Below are positions 60,632 through 64,000 of a stretch of 64,000 bases of DNA, one piece after another; within the stretch, counting starts at the first letter, position 1, and every line of letters starts with the position of its first letter. Under the pieces are notes generated by a model. It was not told where the DNA came from. It worked only from the letters and a program-made list of their open reading frames with translations, and searched no databases. Position numbers and translations under genes: made by a program. Origin of the DNA: an uncultured Thermoleophilia bacterium (GTDB lineage Bacteria > Actinomycetota > Thermoleophilia > UBA2241); the NCBI GenBank assembly GCA_963715985.1, contig CAVQSP010000011.1, positions 480,001 to 544,000 on the forward strand, in the 5' to 3' direction.

Positions 60632-61408
60632 ATGAGGAGACTGACAGGCAAAGTGGCCATCGTCACCGGCGGAGCCATGGGGATCGGTGCGGCGACCACG
60701 GAGATGTTCGCCCATGAGGGTGCCAGCGTCGTGCTCGCCGACATCGATGAGGCCGCCGGCCGCGAGCTCGTCGCGCGCATCACGGGCGCCGGCGGCACGG
60801 CCTCCTTCATGAAGCTGGACGTGCGCAGCGAGGACGAGTGGCGGCGCGTCGTCGCCGACACCGTCACGCTGCACGGCAAGCTCAACGTGCTCGTCAACAA
60901 CGCCGGCATCTCGCTGGGCCACGACGTCGAGGAGACCACGCTCGAGGAGTGGAACCACCTCATGAGCGTGAACTCCACCGGCGTCTTCCTCGGCATGAAG
61001 CACGCCATCGCGGCGATGAAGGACAACGGCGAGCTGTGTTCCATCGTCAACCGCTCCTCGATCGACGGCCAGGTCGCCGAGGCGGGCCTCTTCGCCTACT
61101 GCGCCTCCAAGGGCGCCGTCACGATCATGACCAAGTCCGCAGCCCTGGCCGTGGGCGCCAAGGGTTACAGGATCCGCGTCAACTCGGTGCACCCCGGCTA
61201 CGTGCACACGCCGCTCACCGAGAAGGAGGCGGCCGACTTCGGCCTGAGCCCGGCGGAGTACTTCGAGAAGGTCGGAGCGCAGCACCCCATCGGCTTCATC
61301 GGCGAACCGGTCGACATCGCCTACCTCGACGTCTATCTGGCCTCGGACGAGTCCAGGTGGGTCACGGGCGCCGAGTTCACGATCGACGGGGGCTGGACGG
61401 CGCAGTGA
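60632..61408 (+). CDS. SDR-family oxidoreductase (hydroxysteroid/glucose dehydrogenase-like)
   Basis: TGGAMGIG, NNAG, YCASKG, IRVNSVHPG. Confidence 0.92.
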   Translation: MRRLTGKVAIVTGGAMGIGAATTEMFAHEGASVVLADIDEAAGRELVARITGAGGTASFMKLDVRSEDEWRRVVADTVTLHGKLNVLVNNAGISLGHDVEETTLEEWNHLMSVNSTGVFLGMKHAIAAMKDNGELCSIVNRSSIDGQVAEAGLFAYCASKGAVTIMTKSAALAVGAKGYRIRVNSVHPGYVHTPLTEKEAADFGLSPAEYFEKVGAQHPIGFIGEPVDIAYLDVYLASDESRWVTGAEFTIDGGWTAQ

Positions 61409-61450
61409 GGCGCAGGCGGCGCTAGCCGTCGCGCGACGGCCGGTCAGATC

Positions 61451-61948
61451 GTGTTGAGGGCGCTGATCGCCTACTACTCGCTCTCCGGCTTCACGGAGCG
61501 GCTCGCGGAGGCCACGGCCGAGGCGCTCACGGAGGCCCGCGTGGAGCTCCTGCGCATCGTGCCGGCGAGGGAGTACAGCTACTTCTCCGCCGGCATCCGC
61601 GGCGTGACCGAGGCCATGGCCGGCACGATCGTCGAGCTCGAGAGCGCCGTCCCCTCCCGCGAGAGGTTCGACGCGCTGGCCGTCTTCTCGCCGACTTGGG
61701 GATGGATGTCGTCGCCCCCTGTGCGGAGCTTTGTGGCGCGGCTCCCCGACGGGCACGGTTCGCCGGCAGTGGTGGGCGTCACCCATGCTGGCGGTCCGAT
61801 CGGCTCGGGTGAACGGCTTGCCGACCTTGTGCGCGAGCGCGGCTACCGCGTGCTCGCGACGCTGTCCGTGTTCTGCTACGCGCGGACCGCGATCGAGGCC
61901 GCGGCAGCGGAGGCGGCCGCGGCACTGCGGGGTGCCGCCACACCGTGA
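61451..61948 (+). CDS. flavodoxin-like protein
   Basis: YYSLSGFTERLA, SPTWGW. Confidence 0.7.
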   Translation: MLRALIAYYSLSGFTERLAEATAEALTEARVELLRIVPAREYSYFSAGIRGVTEAMAGTIVELESAVPSRERFDALAVFSPTWGWMSSPPVRSFVARLPDGHGSPAVVGVTHAGGPIGSGERLADLVRERGYRVLATLSVFCYARTAIEAAAAEAAAALRGAATP

Positions 61949-61996
61949 GGGACGGGACGCCGCACAAGCGCCGCGCCCCTCACGGTCTGCGTCGCC

Positions 61997-62770
61997 TCAC
62001 TCGACGGCCCCTGCCCCCTCGGGCAGCACCTGGCCGCCGTCGACGACGATCGTCTGCCCGGTGATGTAGCTCGCCTCGTCCGAGGCGAGGAAGAGCATCG
62101 CGTAGCCGATGTCCGCGGGCGTGCCGAGCTTCTTCATGGGGATGGACGCCGCCAGGGCGTCGATATACTCCTGGCCCATGCCTTCCATGCCCGGCGTCAT
62201 GATGTTGCCGGGCATCACGGCGTTGATGGTGATGCCCTGCTGCGCGACCTCGATGGCGGCGCTGCGCATGAAGCCCAGCATCGCCGCTTTGGTCGCTCCG
62301 TAGTGGGCCCAGCCGGGGTACCCGGTGAGCGGCCCGGTGACCGAGGACGTGAGCACGACGCGTCCGTGCCCGCGCTCGCGCATGCCGGGCAGCACGGACG
62401 TCACCATGAAGAACATGCCCTTCACGTTGATCGCGAAGATGCCGTCCCAGTCGGCCTCTGTCATCTCCGCCAGGAAGGCTTGTGGGTAGATGCCGGCGTT
62501 GCTCACCAGCGTGTCGATGCGGCCGTGCTTCTCGAGGACGGCGGCCACGGCCGCCTCACACGACGCCCGGCTGGTGACGTCCACGCGGACGAACTCGGCG
62601 GCCGCGCCGGCACCGGCCAGGTCGACCGCCGCCTGCTTCCCGCCCTCGGCGTCGATGTCGGCGATGACGAGCGTGGCGCCCTCGGCCGCGAACACGCCGG
62701 CGATGCCGCGGCCGATGCCTTTGGCCGCGCCGGTGATGAGTGTGACCTTGCCGTTCATGCGGTCTGCCAA
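61997..62770 (-). CDS. SDR-family oxidoreductase (FabG-like)
   Basis: TGAAKGIG, SNAG, YPGWAHYGATK, VDGGQ; TTG start after GGAGG. Confidence 0.92.
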   Translation of the reverse strand: MADRMNGKVTLITGAAKGIGRGIAGVFAAEGATLVIADIDAEGGKQAAVDLAGAGAAAEFVRVDVTSRASCEAAVAAVLEKHGRIDTLVSNAGIYPQAFLAEMTEADWDGIFAINVKGMFFMVTSVLPGMRERGHGRVVLTSSVTGPLTGYPGWAHYGATKAAMLGFMRSAAIEVAQQGITINAVMPGNIMTPGMEGMGQEYIDALAASIPMKKLGTPADIGYAMLFLASDEASYITGQTIVVDGGQVLPEGAGAVE

Positions 62771-62798
62771 AGGGTCCTCCCTTCGAGAGGTCCTTGAC

Positions 62799-62831
62799 GG
62801 GTGAGGGGGCGGCACAGCCGCCCCCTCACCC
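62799..62831 (-). terminator. hairpin between permease and SDR genes
   Basis: GGGTGAGGGGGCGGC-ACA-GCCGCCCCCTCACCC, perfect 15-bp stem. Confidence 0.6.
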
Positions 62832-62848
62832 TCACGCAGCGTGTGATC

Positions 62849-64000
62849 TCAGTACTCCTTGATGCCGTCCGGCGTCTCCATCCAGACGGGCTCCTTGCGC
62901 CACTTCCAGACAAGCATCCAGATCCACAGGATCGCGCCGAGGCCGAGATACTCGAGCATCGTCGTGTACCCGGCCTGGCCGAGCGTCGTGAGGAAAGCAA
63001 AGACGATCGAGATGATGAGGCTGAGGACGCGCATGAACATGCCGCCCGGGATCTTGTACGGGCGCTCCCAGTCGGGATGCTTGACGGCGACCACGATCGA
63101 GGAGAGCGAGATGATCGCGTAGCAGCACGCCGCCGCGAACGCCATGAGCGTGAAGAACTTCTGCAGGAAGGTGGTGTAGTTCATCGTCATGATGGCCGCC
63201 AGACTGATCCCCAGGATGAGCAGGTTGGGGAGGATCGGCTGGTGGTGCTTGTTGGTCTTGGCGAACGCCTTGGGCAGGAAGTTCTGCCGCCCCATGGCGA
63301 ACATCATGCGCACGCTGCTCAGCCAGAAGCCCAGGACCGACGTGGTGATGGGGAACAGAGCCGCGCCGATGCCGAAGATCCACAGCCACACAGCCCAGAA
63401 GCCGGTGTTTCCGATGTTGTCCTTGAAGGCGTGCAGCGAGGCGAACGGCGCGCCGGTGCCGTCGCCGGTCAGGGCCGCCCAGTTGTCCATGCCCGACAGG
63501 GCGAAATAGTACAACATGTACAGCAGGCCGCAGGAGATGATGGAGCCCAGGATCGCCTGGTTCTGCTTCTTGATGGGAAAGTCGCCCTCCTCCACCATGT
63601 TGGGGACGATCTCGAAGCCGAAGTACGGCGTCACGAGCAGCGCGACGCCGATGACGGCCGCCGGTATGCCGAAGTGAGTGGCGAGCCCCGACTGGACGAA
63701 GGGGTTGAAGTTGTCCCAGCTCCATGCGTCGCTGGTAATCCAGAGGATGCTCCCGATGATGCAGACGATGAAGCCGAAGAGCAGCATGAACGTCTGCACC
63801 TGCCCCGAGATGGTGATGTTCTGCAGGCTCAGGAGGGTGTAGAGGCCGAGGACGACGCAGCTGATGAGGGCGATCCAGCCGACCGACAGGTTGAGATCGA
63901 ACATGTAGTCGATCCACGAGACGATGCCGAGCACGCCGGCCGGCGGCACCGCCAGCCAGGCGGCGAGGATCAGCCACGTGGACCAGAAGCCGGCGTGTTT
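62849..64000 (-). CDS. APC-family amino acid/amine permease, 5' end outside window
   Basis: Multiple TMs, YFGFEIVPNMVEE, RMMFAMGR..FLPKAF, RPYKIPG. Confidence 0.88.
   Translation of the reverse strand, partial: KHAGFWSTWLILAAWLAVPPAGVLGIVSWIDYMFDLNLSVGWIALISCVVLGLYTLLSLQNITISGQVQTFMLLFGFIVCIIGSILWITSDAWSWDNFNPFVQSGLATHFGIPAAVIGVALLVTPYFGFEIVPNMVEEGDFPIKKQNQAILGSIISCGLLYMLYYFALSGMDNWAALTGDGTGAPFASLHAFKDNIGNTGFWAVWLWIFGIGAALFPITTSVLGFWLSSVRMMFAMGRQNFLPKAFAKTNKHHQPILPNLLILGISLAAIMTMNYTTFLQKFFTLMAFAAACCYAIISLSSIVVAVKHPDWERPYKIPGGMFMRVLSLIISIVFAFLTTLGQAGYTTMLEYLGLGAILWIWMLVWKWRKEPVWMETPDGIKEY

Overview
Very GC-rich bacterial window, most consistent with an anaerobic or facultative Actinomycetota member (Thermoleophilia/Coriobacteriia-like; inferred from gene content). 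Left end (1-4.3 kb, minus): core cluster rpmG-tRNA-Trp-secE-nusG-rplK-rplA-rplJ-rplL-rpoB(5' part). 4.4-25 kb is accessory: CPBP protease, nucleoside phosphorylase, degenerate M23 protein, CAP protein, DUF1998 helicase, PucR-type regulator, GNATs, a TIGR00725 gene whose 3' half is duplicated around a secreted beta-propeller/IPT protein, MalT-like LuxR regulator, birA-bioY, a membrane HD-GYP protein preceded by an unannotated 26-aa peptide gene, and two MFS transporters. 25-49 kb (minus) is a respiratory supercluster: hemB, ahbD-like, hemL, rex and futalosine-pathway menaquinone genes interleaved with seven multiheme c-type cytochrome genes. These carry 73 CxxCH plus 6 atypical motifs by my count and include four NapC/NrfH-like proteins and two CbcL-like c+b units, with Rex boxes upstream. 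Right end: DUF4388/MshEN/pseudo-GTPase protein, MFS, dhaKL plus DhaM-HPr-EI, a phosphotransferase, an orphan RiPP-type radical SAM, two SDRs, a flavodoxin-like protein and a partial APC permease. About 15 genes have apparent small indels, probably assembly errors. Best novelty candidates: the Rex-linked menaquinol-to-multiheme electron conduit with CxxCK-x-M/H heme-1 variants, and the small-peptide/HD-GYP module. All family calls come from motif recognition by eye; no database search was run.
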